This document shows positions 26,841 to 36,407 of a DNA stretch of 64,000 nucleotides, piece after piece; the first letter of the stretch is position 1, and every line of letters starts with the position of its first letter. The position numbers and the translations under genes are program-made. This DNA is from Candidatus Binataceae bacterium (GTDB lineage Bacteria > Desulfobacterota > Binatia > Binatales > Binataceae), in NCBI GenBank assembly GCA_030041155.1, contig JASHOJ010000187.1, forward strand, positions 1,446-65,445, written 5' to 3'. Below the pieces are notes generated by a model. It was given only the letters and a program-made list of their open reading frames with translations. It did no database searches and was not told the DNA's origin.

Positions 26841-29800
26841 TGGCCTCTGCCCTGAGTGGTAACGCTAATCGCCTTCGCGACATCAAGACGTTCCCTTCAC
26901 TCGTCAAATACCTGCGCGATGACCTTGACTGGCCGATCGACAGCGATGACTTCGAGGATCTGACGTTCGAATGGGAGCCTGAGGAACTCGGGATCGACCC
27001 AGCAAGCGCGGCGAAGATTCAGGAGATCAAACAGCTTCGTCCTCTCAGCAGCGATCAACCTTGGGGCATCTTCTTCGTGAAGTTCGAGCCCCGGAGACTC
27101 CCAGTTGTCGCGCTGCGGCGGATCTTACGCGCCTTGGTCGTTCGCAAACGCGTTGCCACCGCTAAAGCTCAGCAGAAAACCTGGTCGCTCCACGACTTGC
27201 TGTTCATCTCAAGTTATGGCGAATCCGATCAACGGGAAATCGCTTTTGCTCACTTCGCCGAGGAACCGGAACTTGGAGATCTGGCGACGCTGCGGGTTCT
27301 CGGCTGGGATGAGGACAATGCCGAGGAACGCCTGCAATACACGGACGCAGTGCTGAGAGAGAAGCTTCGATGGCCGGATGACGACCGCGACTTGGATTCG
27401 TGGCGATCGCGATGGTCGGAAGCTTTTACCCTGCGTCCGGGAGAGGTAATTCGAACCGCCAAGGCGATGGCCGAACGTTTGGCGGAACTAGCCGTGAGAA
27501 TCCGTAAGCGGGTCATCGAGGTACTGAACTACGAGCGTGAGCGCGGACAGATGCGAAACCTATATGTCGCGTTCAAGGAGGCGTTGATCCACGACCTGAC
27601 CGAGGACGATTTCGCAGATACATACGCGCAGACCATCTGCTACGGTCTCCTGACCGCCCGCTTCTCCCGTCCGGCAGGCTTGATCGCGGAGAACCTGAAA
27701 GACATGGTGCCACCGAGTACCAATCCCTTCCTCCGGGAATTACTGGGTACCTTTCTCAAGATCGGCGGTCGCAAAGACAAGCTGGATTTCGACGAGCTTG
27801 GCATCACCGAAGTCCTTCAAACTTTGCACGCCGCCAAGATGGAAGAAGTAAGGCGCGACTTCCTCGAGCGGAATCCAGACGAAGACCCGACGATTCGCTT
27901 TTACGAAGATTTTCTCAAACAGTACGACCCCAAGAGGCGCACACAACGCGGGGTCTTTTATACACCACGCCCTGTCGTTTCTTACATCGTCCGCAGCGTC
28001 CACGAACTTCTCCAAAGTGAATTTGGACTTCCTGAAGGTCTAGCTTCGACCACTACCTGGGGCGAGATGGTGAAACGCCATCCCAGCCTGAAAATTCCCG
28101 AAGGAACAGCTCCCAGTTCGCCGTTCGTTCAGATCCTCGACCCGGCAGTTGGTACAGGGACCTTTCTCGTTGAAGTGATCGACATCGTCCACAAAACCAT
28201 GCTGGCCAAATGGGAAAGGGACGGTCGCAAGGCCCTCGAGATTCCGAAACTGTGGAACGAATACGTCTCGAGACATCTTCTTCCACGGCTTCACGGCTAT
28301 GAACTTATGATGGCTCCGTACGCCATTGCCCACATGAAGATTGGCCTGAAACTTCACGAGACCGGCTACCGCTTTGGCAGCGACGAGCGCGCCCGGATTT
28401 ACTTGACAAACTCACTGGAGCCGCCCCACGACTTTTCTGATCGGCTCGCGTTCGACGCTCCCGCACTTGCTCATGAGGCCAAAGCAGTCAACGCGATAAA
28501 GCGCGAACAACGGTTTACGGTAGTTATTGGTAATCCGCCTTATTCGGCTTCAATTTCGGAGCCCGACTGGCTCATGAAGGCACTGGAACAATGGAAGCAA
28601 GGTCTAAACGAAACGAAAATCGATCTTAATCGTGAAGAATGGAAGTTCCTTCGTCTGGGTCAGATCCTGTGTGGTAAAGCATCGCTCGGACTCCTGGGCT
28701 TCGTGATAAATCGTGATTACCTGGACGGCGTCGCGAAGCGAAAGATGCGAGAGAGCCTCCAAGAAAGCTTCCCCTACCGTCTGATTGTGGATCTAAACGG
28801 CGACGTAAAGGGCAACATCGCCGACCAGAACGTATTCGAGATTACGCAGGGTGTTTGCATAACGATCCTTTGCCGCGGCGATGGCGATCAGCATCGATTC
28901 TTTTCCGTTATCGGCAATCGGGACGAGAAATATTCCATTTTGTCGGATAAGGTGGCACTCGATCGGCATCTCATCAGTTTTACGCCAACGCCTCCATATT
29001 TTCGCTGGATTCCTCCCGCCGGACAGCGCTCGGCTGATGCTGAAAACGAGTATTTGCAATGGTATCCGGTCAACGAGCTATTTCAGGTCTACTCTTCCGG
29101 AATCCAAACCAAGCGCGACGGATTGTGTATTCACTTCAGCGAGAAAGATCTCTGGTCAACCGTAACCCGGCTGAATGAGCTCACTGTCGCCGCTGCTCGG
29201 AAAGAGTTTGACCTACCCCCGGACGGCCGAGATTGGACGGTCGCAGCGGCGAAAGCAGACATATCTGCATCCGGGCCGAACAAGCGATATATCACTCGTC
29301 TTCTGTATCGCCCATTTGATATCCGCTTTACCTACTGGACGGGACGCACGAAGGGTTTTGCCGCCTATCCGAGGCGTGAGGTTATGCAGCATGTTGTCGG
29401 CCGACACAATATAGGAATGATTTTCAATCGTCAGGTGGTCGGCGACGGCGTTTCTCACTTCGGGGTATCCCGTTTGCCCATTTGCCATGGCACGTTTTAT
29501 CTGGGGAACAAAGGGCAGGACTATTTCGCTCCTTTATTCATCGTAAGGGACGACCTTATCTCACGGTCAAACCCTCTCCTTGAGCCAAACTTTAGTACGC
29601 AGTTTGCGTCTGCCTTAGCGGACGTATGGAGGCGGACGGCTGATAAGCCAGCTCCTTCTGATGTCTTTAACTATGCCTATGCGGTCTTCCACAGTCCTAT
29701 CTATCGTAGGCGGTATGAAGAATTTCTGAAACGTGATTTTCCACGACTTCCGTTAACGGGGGACGCCAAATTGTTCCAAATTCTCGCGCGGCTCGGAGGC

Positions 29801-30193
29801 GAGCTTGTAGCCTTACATCTTATGGAGTCGGCGCTTCTGAATCGGCATTTGAGTGATTTTCTCGGCAGAAGGAGACCTGAGGTTGAAAGGGTCTCCTACG
29901 ACAACAAGACAATCTGGATCGACAAGGAGCAGGTCTGCGGTTTTCAGGGCGTGCCGGAGGTCGTCTGGGAGTTTCGCGTTGGGGGTTATCGGGTCTGCGA
30001 AAAATGGCTAAAGGACCGCAAGGGTCGCGTACTGTCCACGGAGGACATCGATCACTACCAGCGCATCGTCGTCGCTCTATCCGAGACTATTCGGCTCATG
30101 AAGGAAATCGACAAAGTCATCGAAAAACACGGCGGCTGGCCCGGTGCATTTTCCACTGACAACGTGGATTCGACCAGAAGCGCGAACGCGTAG
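26840..30193 (+). CDS. N6-adenine DNA methyltransferase, gamma-class, PglX/DrmMI/Eco57I-like (MTase plus putative TRD)
   Basis: Motif X 'GVFYTPRPVVSYIV', motif I 'LDPAVGTGTFLVEV', motif IV 'VIGNPPYSA' (NPPY at 28532-28543). N-terminal aromatic helix 'TYAQTICYGLLTARF' as in PglX. TGATG overlap with the upstream stop; an alternative ATG at 26822. Confidence 0.8.
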   Translation: MASALSGNANRLRDIKTFPSLVKYLRDDLDWPIDSDDFEDLTFEWEPEELGIDPASAAKIQEIKQLRPLSSDQPWGIFFVKFEPRRLPVVALRRILRALVVRKRVATAKAQQKTWSLHDLLFISSYGESDQREIAFAHFAEEPELGDLATLRVLGWDEDNAEERLQYTDAVLREKLRWPDDDRDLDSWRSRWSEAFTLRPGEVIRTAKAMAERLAELAVRIRKRVIEVLNYERERGQMRNLYVAFKEALIHDLTEDDFADTYAQTICYGLLTARFSRPAGLIAENLKDMVPPSTNPFLRELLGTFLKIGGRKDKLDFDELGITEVLQTLHAAKMEEVRRDFLERNPDEDPTIRFYEDFLKQYDPKRRTQRGVFYTPRPVVSYIVRSVHELLQSEFGLPEGLASTTTWGEMVKRHPSLKIPEGTAPSSPFVQILDPAVGTGTFLVEVIDIVHKTMLAKWERDGRKALEIPKLWNEYVSRHLLPRLHGYELMMAPYAIAHMKIGLKLHETGYRFGSDERARIYLTNSLEPPHDFSDRLAFDAPALAHEAKAVNAIKREQRFTVVIGNPPYSASISEPDWLMKALEQWKQGLNETKIDLNREEWKFLRLGQILCGKASLGLLGFVINRDYLDGVAKRKMRESLQESFPYRLIVDLNGDVKGNIADQNVFEITQGVCITILCRGDGDQHRFFSVIGNRDEKYSILSDKVALDRHLISFTPTPPYFRWIPPAGQRSADAENEYLQWYPVNELFQVYSSGIQTKRDGLCIHFSEKDLWSTVTRLNELTVAAARKEFDLPPDGRDWTVAAAKADISASGPNKRYITRLLYRPFDIRFTYWTGRTKGFAAYPRREVMQHVVGRHNIGMIFNRQVVGDGVSHFGVSRLPICHGTFYLGNKGQDYFAPLFIVRDDLISRSNPLLEPNFSTQFASALADVWRRTADKPAPSDVFNYAYAVFHSPIYRRRYEEFLKRDFPRLPLTGDAKLFQILARLGGELVALHLMESALLNRHLSDFLGRRRPEVERVSYDNKTIWIDKEQVCGFQGVPEVVWEFRVGGYRVCEKWLKDRKGRVLSTEDIDHYQRIVVALSETIRLMKEIDKVIEKHGGWPGAFSTDNVDSTRSANA

Positions 30194-30228
30194 TTCGGCC
30201 AGAACTTATCTGCTCGCAGGTTAAGCCG

Positions 30229-33200
30229 ATGCCAACCCCCTACGTTCGTCATGTCTCAGTCCGAGTTCCCTGGCAGGATGCCGTGTGGAATGGTCACGTG
30301 TGCGATGATCCCTTGGCTAACAGTTCCTGTCTCGCCCTGCGGTTGATCGCCGAGAATCGAGACGACGAGGTCGAGCAAGGACTCGCGAAGGAAGCATTTG
30401 ACGGACTCTCGCCGGAGCAGATGCCGCCTTGTCTTAGGAGCAGTGCCGCGTTCCTGTCCCCTCACTCGTACACGTTTAAGAGTGTGATGGAGTACTCAAA
30501 ATGGAGCCGCGACCACAAGCACATTCTGCCGCGTTCGGTTCATCTTCCGGCGTTTGGAGCACTGCTGATCCCTTATCGTTGGATGCTAAAGGAGAGCGGG
30601 TTTCAAATTGCCGAGAGTCTCGAACTGGACGCACACGCGGAGCGCGAGCCAAATAGACCATCCTGGCTGGTGAACACGAGCTGGGTTCAGCACCAGGACA
30701 ATCAACGAACCCTCCTCGATGCGTTCGCGAAGCCGCTCTTAGAAGATGAAACGCTAGTGTTCTTCTACGCGCCACGAACGCCACTTTGCGATGACGAGCG
30801 CCGGGCGCTTCTCGGAGTTGCTCTCCTCCAGAAGAAGTCCGACCTAGTTGAGTATCCCTACGAAGGTGGCAATCCAAACGGCCGCCTTCAGGCGATGGTA
30901 TGGGAACGGCCCATTCAGCATTCGTTGCGGCCACGACGGAAGAAGGGGACGGGATTCAGCGGAGGTTTCGTGATGCCGTATCACGAAGTCCTGGCGCTCG
31001 CAGAGCGCGACCGAACGGTCGATCCCGCCGAATTCGTGGCGTTTGTTCCTAACGACGTGCGCGTGCAGTTCTCCTATGGCAGCGAGCATGTTTCCCATGG
31101 TGTGGCGGCAACCGTTTTGACCGCTTCGAGGAATGCGCTGGAAAAGATTGGAACAAAGCTTGAAGGGCCATGGACTAGCTACATCAGTTGGATTGACGAA
31201 CGCCTCTCTCGCCTTTGGCGCCTACAAGGTCCCGCGCCAGGACTTGGTGTGACGTTGTCGGCGCTCCATAAGGGGTTCAATGGAACATTGTTCGCGGTCG
31301 CACTCTCGGATGTTCTCGGCGAAAACGAAGATCCATGGTCGGTCGTAGATAGGGTCCTATCGGGAGCACAGGACGCACCGCCCGGAGCACCGAAGATTAC
31401 GACAGTTCTTCGCCGACGCTGGGCTAACGTCAAAACCGATCCAAAGAGACTCGCGGCGCTGAAACTCCTCGCGCGCTTCGAACTGACAAATGATCAAGCT
31501 GATCGAGCTGTGAACGATTCTGAGCCTGCAAGGCTGTTGGGCAACCCTTACGTGTTATACGAGGACGATCGCAAAAGTTTCGACAGGGTGTCCTTTGCGA
31601 CGATCGATCGTGGTCTTTACCCAGGTGCTGAAATCGCCGCCGCGCATCCGCTATCTGCGGAATGCGACCGCAGTCTCGACGAACCGGACAATCCACTCCG
31701 CCTACGGGCCGCTTGTGTCCATATTCTCGAAGAGGCCGCTGCCCAGGGAGACACTATTCTACCTGCGGACCGTGTCAAAGATGCATGCGAGAAGCTGACT
31801 CTTTCCCGGCCGTTGCCTCTCGACGGCGAGTTGCTCGATATATTCCGAGACGATTTCAGGCCCGTAATTCAGGTCGGCGGTGAAAGGACGAAGCCGACCG
31901 CTCAACTGGAGCGATACGTTCACTATCGTGAAATCATCGAGCAGGCGGTCAAAAGCCGCCTCAAATCCAAGCCGAAGAGAGTCGTCGTCGACTGGAAAGC
32001 CTCTTTAATCCGCAAATTCGGGAAGCCCAGGCCGGGCGACGTCGATGAACTGCGCGCACGGCAGGAGAAAGAGGTTGCATTGGATCGGCTTACCGCAAGC
32101 CGAATCGCCACTTTGGTTGGCCCGGCGGGCACGGGTAAAACGACTGTCCTTGAGCTCTTGCTCCAGCAGGATGCGGTGGTCGGTACTCGGGTTCATCTTC
32201 TGGCGCCGACTGGGAAAGCCCGTGTCCGTCTCGCTCAGGAGACTAACCGACCCGGAGAGGGCGAAACCATAGCGCAATTTTTGTTGGCCTTGGAACGGTA
32301 CGACAAAGTGACGGGCCGCTATTTTCCCAATCCTTCAGCCGCTAAAGCCGAAGCGACGACCTGCATCGTCGATGAATCTTCGATGATGACCGAAGACATG
32401 CTGGCGGCCATCACCGATGCAATACCTGATAGTTGTCGTCTGATCTTGGTTGGAGACCCGTATCAGCTTCCCCCGATCGGCGCGGGGTGCCCGTTCGTGG
32501 ACATTATTGAGTTTCTCCGCCACAACCATGCGGAGGCCATAGGTGAACTAACAGTACCAAGACGGCAGGACACCAGCTCGCAAGACGGCCGTCGAACGAC
32601 CCCGCTAGAGCGATCGGACGTTCAACTCGCTGCGATCTTCTCTGGACGTGCGCTCCTTCCAGGTGAAGATGAAATCGCCGCTCGAATATTGACTTCTGCT
32701 GATGACGAATTTGTGAAGTGTCGCCGATGGGATCAGACGGCCGAGCTGCCGAGCCTTCTCAGAACGATCTTCAAAAAAGAATTCAGTGCGAACGATGACA
32801 CCCTACAGAGCAAGTTTGAAGAATTCCTTGGTGCAGTCACAAACCAGAAGGGATACCTCAACTTTGAAAATGGTTGTTCCGACGGGGCGTCCGATTGGCA
32901 GATCCTGTGCGTTACCAAAACTCAGCCCGGTGGCTCCATCCACCTGAACCGCCACATTAAGGAGACATACCGCAGCGAATGGCTAGAGAAAGCGATCGAA
33001 TCAAATCACGTTCCACACTTTCGAGATTGGTTTAGATTCATTAAGCCGCGGGGCCCGGAGCAAATCACATACGGCGACAAGGTGATTTGCGTGCGAAACC
33101 ATTTTCGGGGTCCTTGGATATATGCTGAGAGAACGAGAGGTCCCGAAGATGAATATATAGCCAACGGCGAAACCGGCATAGTGGTTGGACAGTGCGCCTA

Positions 33201-34017
33201 TGGTAAAAGCAATCCTCGCTTTACGCACGTGGAGTTCTCCGGGCGACCTGATCGCTCGTTCAGCTTTGGCCCTGGCGCCTTCCGCGAAGAAGGGCAGCCA
33301 TATCTTGAACTTGCTTACGCGATAACTGTCCACAAAGCACAAGGTAGCGACTTTGACACAGTGATTCTTGTGCTGCCGATGCAAAGCAGGTTGCTCTCTC
33401 GAGAGATGCTATACACGGCGCTGACCCGACAGAAGAGAAGAATCTGGATCCTGCATCAGGGGCCACTTGATAGCCTGTTGGCTTACCGCCATTACTCGTT
33501 CTCCGATATTGCAGCACGCTTCACGAACCTCCTACGCGAGCATCGACCACAGCAAGTGCCCAACCCAGTCGGCCTCCCGTCGGGTCTCCTGTCATTAAGC
33601 AGAGGGTTCCTCGAAGAACGCCTAGTCCATAGAACAGTTCGCGGTGAGATGGTTAGCTCTAAGTCGGAGCTCGCGATTGCCAATATTTTGTACTTACTCG
33701 AACGAGAGGGGCATTTGACATACGTAGTGGAGCCTCCATTGCCTTTTGCTGATAACGCAAAAGGCCGTTGGGCGGACTTTCAGATTAAATGTCGCAGCGG
33801 GACCTGGTATTGGGAGCACTGCGGAATGATGGATCACGAGAGCTATCGGCGGCGTTGGAAGCGGAAGGAGAGGCTATACCAGGAGAACGGCTTCACGCGT
33901 TACTCCGACGAGAATCCGTCTGGACACCTGATAGTCACAGAGGACGGATCGGGCCAGGGTCTGGACTCGCAGGCTATCGCCCTTCTGGCGCGCAAGCTCT
34001 TTGTCTCAGCGGATTAG
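30229..34017 (+). CDS. SF1 (RecD/Dda-like) helicase with unknown N-terminal domain and C-terminal DUF559/Vsr-like endonuclease fold
   Basis: Walker A 'LVGPAGTGKTTVLE', Walker B 'CIVDESSMM', 'YAITVHKAQGSDFDTVILVL' (SF1 motif VI region). C-terminal 'ELAIANILYLLEREGHLTYVVEP...ADFQIKCRSGTWYWEHCG' resembles DUF559/very-short-patch-repair nuclease domains. Confidence 0.7.
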   Translation: MPTPYVRHVSVRVPWQDAVWNGHVCDDPLANSSCLALRLIAENRDDEVEQGLAKEAFDGLSPEQMPPCLRSSAAFLSPHSYTFKSVMEYSKWSRDHKHILPRSVHLPAFGALLIPYRWMLKESGFQIAESLELDAHAEREPNRPSWLVNTSWVQHQDNQRTLLDAFAKPLLEDETLVFFYAPRTPLCDDERRALLGVALLQKKSDLVEYPYEGGNPNGRLQAMVWERPIQHSLRPRRKKGTGFSGGFVMPYHEVLALAERDRTVDPAEFVAFVPNDVRVQFSYGSEHVSHGVAATVLTASRNALEKIGTKLEGPWTSYISWIDERLSRLWRLQGPAPGLGVTLSALHKGFNGTLFAVALSDVLGENEDPWSVVDRVLSGAQDAPPGAPKITTVLRRRWANVKTDPKRLAALKLLARFELTNDQADRAVNDSEPARLLGNPYVLYEDDRKSFDRVSFATIDRGLYPGAEIAAAHPLSAECDRSLDEPDNPLRLRAACVHILEEAAAQGDTILPADRVKDACEKLTLSRPLPLDGELLDIFRDDFRPVIQVGGERTKPTAQLERYVHYREIIEQAVKSRLKSKPKRVVVDWKASLIRKFGKPRPGDVDELRARQEKEVALDRLTASRIATLVGPAGTGKTTVLELLLQQDAVVGTRVHLLAPTGKARVRLAQETNRPGEGETIAQFLLALERYDKVTGRYFPNPSAAKAEATTCIVDESSMMTEDMLAAITDAIPDSCRLILVGDPYQLPPIGAGCPFVDIIEFLRHNHAEAIGELTVPRRQDTSSQDGRRTTPLERSDVQLAAIFSGRALLPGEDEIAARILTSADDEFVKCRRWDQTAELPSLLRTIFKKEFSANDDTLQSKFEEFLGAVTNQKGYLNFENGCSDGASDWQILCVTKTQPGGSIHLNRHIKETYRSEWLEKAIESNHVPHFRDWFRFIKPRGPEQITYGDKVICVRNHFRGPWIYAERTRGPEDEYIANGETGIVVGQCAYGKSNPRFTHVEFSGRPDRSFSFGPGAFREEGQPYLELAYAITVHKAQGSDFDTVILVLPMQSRLLSREMLYTALTRQKRRIWILHQGPLDSLLAYRHYSFSDIAARFTNLLREHRPQQVPNPVGLPSGLLSLSRGFLEERLVHRTVRGEMVSSKSELAIANILYLLEREGHLTYVVEPPLPFADNAKGRWADFQIKCRSGTWYWEHCGMMDHESYRRRWKRKERLYQENGFTRYSDENPSGHLIVTEDGSGQGLDSQAIALLARKLFVSAD

Positions 34018-34152
34018 TGCGGTTTAGTAAATAGGATCTCGTCAGAGAATCAGAGGACCGGCACGGCCGCCGCACAGTCCTTCGCGACATGGTGAAAAAG
34101 CTTTTGTTGTTCAAGTGATTCACGCGTCAGGACTGCAACTCGAGGCGCAGCT

Positions 34153-35298
34153 ATGGGGATTGCGAGCTATCAAGAAGACGATTTTGAGCGCTATACAGAC
34201 GCTCACTGGCGGGAGCTTAAATCCGCGCCCCAGGACCGACTTTATTTCTGCGATGTCTGTCGGGCTGAGTTCGCGAGCGAAGAGCAACGTGATCTACACC
34301 GGAGCGAGGTGCACTTGGCCGCGATTCCGCTGCTGCTGCTTGGAAATGTGGCGGCCCCCCACGAAATCCGGATCCGCAATCACAAGATGGCGGAGCAAGT
34401 CGGATTTCAAAACTGTCGCAAGCTTTCGGTTGCTCGCGACGGCCTTAGGCCGGTGCCCTACACCCCGACCCGACTGAAAGCCGAACTCGCGAAGGCCAAC
34501 CAGAGCCACTACCTGGTCCGTCCAGATGGTAGCGATGAGGAATACGTGATCTCCGTCCAGATTCCGGAAGCAGCGGTGCTGCGCGAAATTGATAGGACAT
34601 TCGTCGAATTGCTAGCAGTCGAAGCGCCGCGCGTTCAGGACATTGCCCGCTTCCGCGAAGTTGCCGCATCCATCGGTCGGGTCGGCGAATACAGCGGTGC
34701 GTTAGCTGATTACGTTATGGGCACGATCATCAAGGATCGGGATCACGCGCGCGGCGCCACGCTCGATTTTAATGAGTACAAGCCGAAGTACGAGTCCGCG
34801 CGCGCCATCCTTTTTGATTATGTGAAGGACGAGAGCCACCGCCCACCCGTCCCAGAGGCGGTCTGCGCGTCCATCAATTTTGGTCTTAACCAGTTTGACG
34901 GAACCTATCGTCCCGTCGGGATTCGGCTTCTCGACGACTGTGTCAGGTTTCTACTGCCACTTCTCGGTCCGACTACCAAGCTGCCAGACTTCACGCTCGT
35001 GTCACCCAGCCGGCATGGTGCCCCGATCTGTCCGCTCGATGGTGGCACGCATCATGTGCTGCAGGCCTTCGAGCGGATCAGCCTCAGCTCCGGTCGGTCA
35101 TTAGACGTGCTTCGGGAAGAGGCGGAAAAGGCCGAAAGCACCCTGCTTTCCGAGTATGACCGTGCGAAGCTTTACACGTTTACGGCGGTGGGACTTTTAA
35201 AGGCGGGCGATCGCAGCTCCTCTAAAAAGATACTCGCGCATCTCGTGAACGATTTTACTTTTAGCCGATGGGCCGAAGCTCAACTCTATTCCGCATGA
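34153..35298 (+). CDS. Hypothetical protein with N-terminal C2H2-type zinc finger
   Basis: 'YFCDVCRAEFASEEQRDLHRSEVH' is a perfect C-x2-C-x12-H-x4-H pattern. 381 aa, first gene of a coupled trio. Confidence 0.5.
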   Translation: MGIASYQEDDFERYTDAHWRELKSAPQDRLYFCDVCRAEFASEEQRDLHRSEVHLAAIPLLLLGNVAAPHEIRIRNHKMAEQVGFQNCRKLSVARDGLRPVPYTPTRLKAELAKANQSHYLVRPDGSDEEYVISVQIPEAAVLREIDRTFVELLAVEAPRVQDIARFREVAASIGRVGEYSGALADYVMGTIIKDRDHARGATLDFNEYKPKYESARAILFDYVKDESHRPPVPEAVCASINFGLNQFDGTYRPVGIRLLDDCVRFLLPLLGPTTKLPDFTLVSPSRHGAPICPLDGGTHHVLQAFERISLSSGRSLDVLREEAEKAESTLLSEYDRAKLYTFTAVGLLKAGDRSSSKKILAHLVNDFTFSRWAEAQLYSA

Positions 35299-36407
35299 AT
35301 GACAAGAATATCCAGCAAAACGCTGCTGAAAAGACGGCTGCCGGCACCCGAGACAGCTCGCAGGCACACGATGATAGCTCTCACGCCGAAGGACCGTCAT
35401 CCCCCAGGCTGAATCAATCGGATGTCGGGGGTGCCCACATTCCTTCGGGACCGAGCCCAATGTCGGCTCCATCGCTTACAGGTTATTACTCAGCGCGGCG
35501 CGGCCAGCCGGGGGCCCTCGTTAAGGCGCTTCGCCTGGGACCCGGCACAGGGTTTCCGGATACCGAGCGACAAACAATTCTCGCCGATATCAGCCGACTT
35601 GATCCGTATCTAGCGAAGTCTGTCACTCTGGCCCAAGCTGCAACGGACGTGGCAAAAGATCGGGCCGTCTTTGATTGGATCGGTGAACTCGTCGTTTACG
35701 AACTCCGAGGTCATTGGGCGCCGGAAGCGGGCCTCTCCGCCGCAGAAACGTTCGATGAGATCTCCCGCTCGATACGCGCCCAGATGCAGCGAAAGGAAGC
35801 TCGCAAAAAGGGCTTCAACCTGCTGCTAACCGCACTCGCCTGGCTTGCGCCTCGCGGCCTCCAGCCCGAGGACGCTCTGAGAGCGATCGAACACGCTCTC
35901 ACCGTTGCCAAGCGGAGCAGCATTACAAGCGACGAGCGGCAGCGCCAAGCGATGGCAGAGCTGGTGAAGATCAAAGCCAGCCCCAAGCTTCTCAAGGCGT
36001 TGCTCCAGATTCTCGCTCCCTGGCGCACGCGTACTCTCGAGGTCGAAGCACAAGCCGCCGCGCACCGCGAAGAAGTGGCCGCCCTAAATTCCCGAATACA
36101 AGCGTTGGAAGGACGCGTTACGGAATCCAGGGAACTGACGACAAATCTCGAGGCGCGACTGGCGGATCACGGCCGTCTGCTTGAAGACCGTGAGCGTAGG
36201 CTAAGCACACAGCACAATCTTGCCCAATCGCAGCTGGCCCTTACTAGGGGAACGATTAACGGTTGGCTCGAAAACGAAGTGCGACCGCGCCTGGCAGATG
36301 CATTGGATGCGGTCGAGTGCGAGCCCCCGCGCCACGAGGTCTTGCGCGAGCGCTTAAAGGCGGTCCTGGCTTTGCTTGATCAGAAAAAAGGGGGGCACTG
36401 GGGATGA
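35295..36407 (+). CDS. Hypothetical protein, disordered N-terminus plus long C-terminal coiled coil
   Basis: ATGA overlap with the upstream stop. The C-terminal ~150 aa have heptad-like spacing (..AALNSRIQALEGRVTESRELTTNLEARLADHGRLLEDRERRL..). Confidence 0.45.
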   Translation: MNDKNIQQNAAEKTAAGTRDSSQAHDDSSHAEGPSSPRLNQSDVGGAHIPSGPSPMSAPSLTGYYSARRGQPGALVKALRLGPGTGFPDTERQTILADISRLDPYLAKSVTLAQAATDVAKDRAVFDWIGELVVYELRGHWAPEAGLSAAETFDEISRSIRAQMQRKEARKKGFNLLLTALAWLAPRGLQPEDALRAIEHALTVAKRSSITSDERQRQAMAELVKIKASPKLLKALLQILAPWRTRTLEVEAQAAAHREEVAALNSRIQALEGRVTESRELTTNLEARLADHGRLLEDRERRLSTQHNLAQSQLALTRGTINGWLENEVRPRLADALDAVECEPPRHEVLRERLKAVLALLDQKKGGHWG

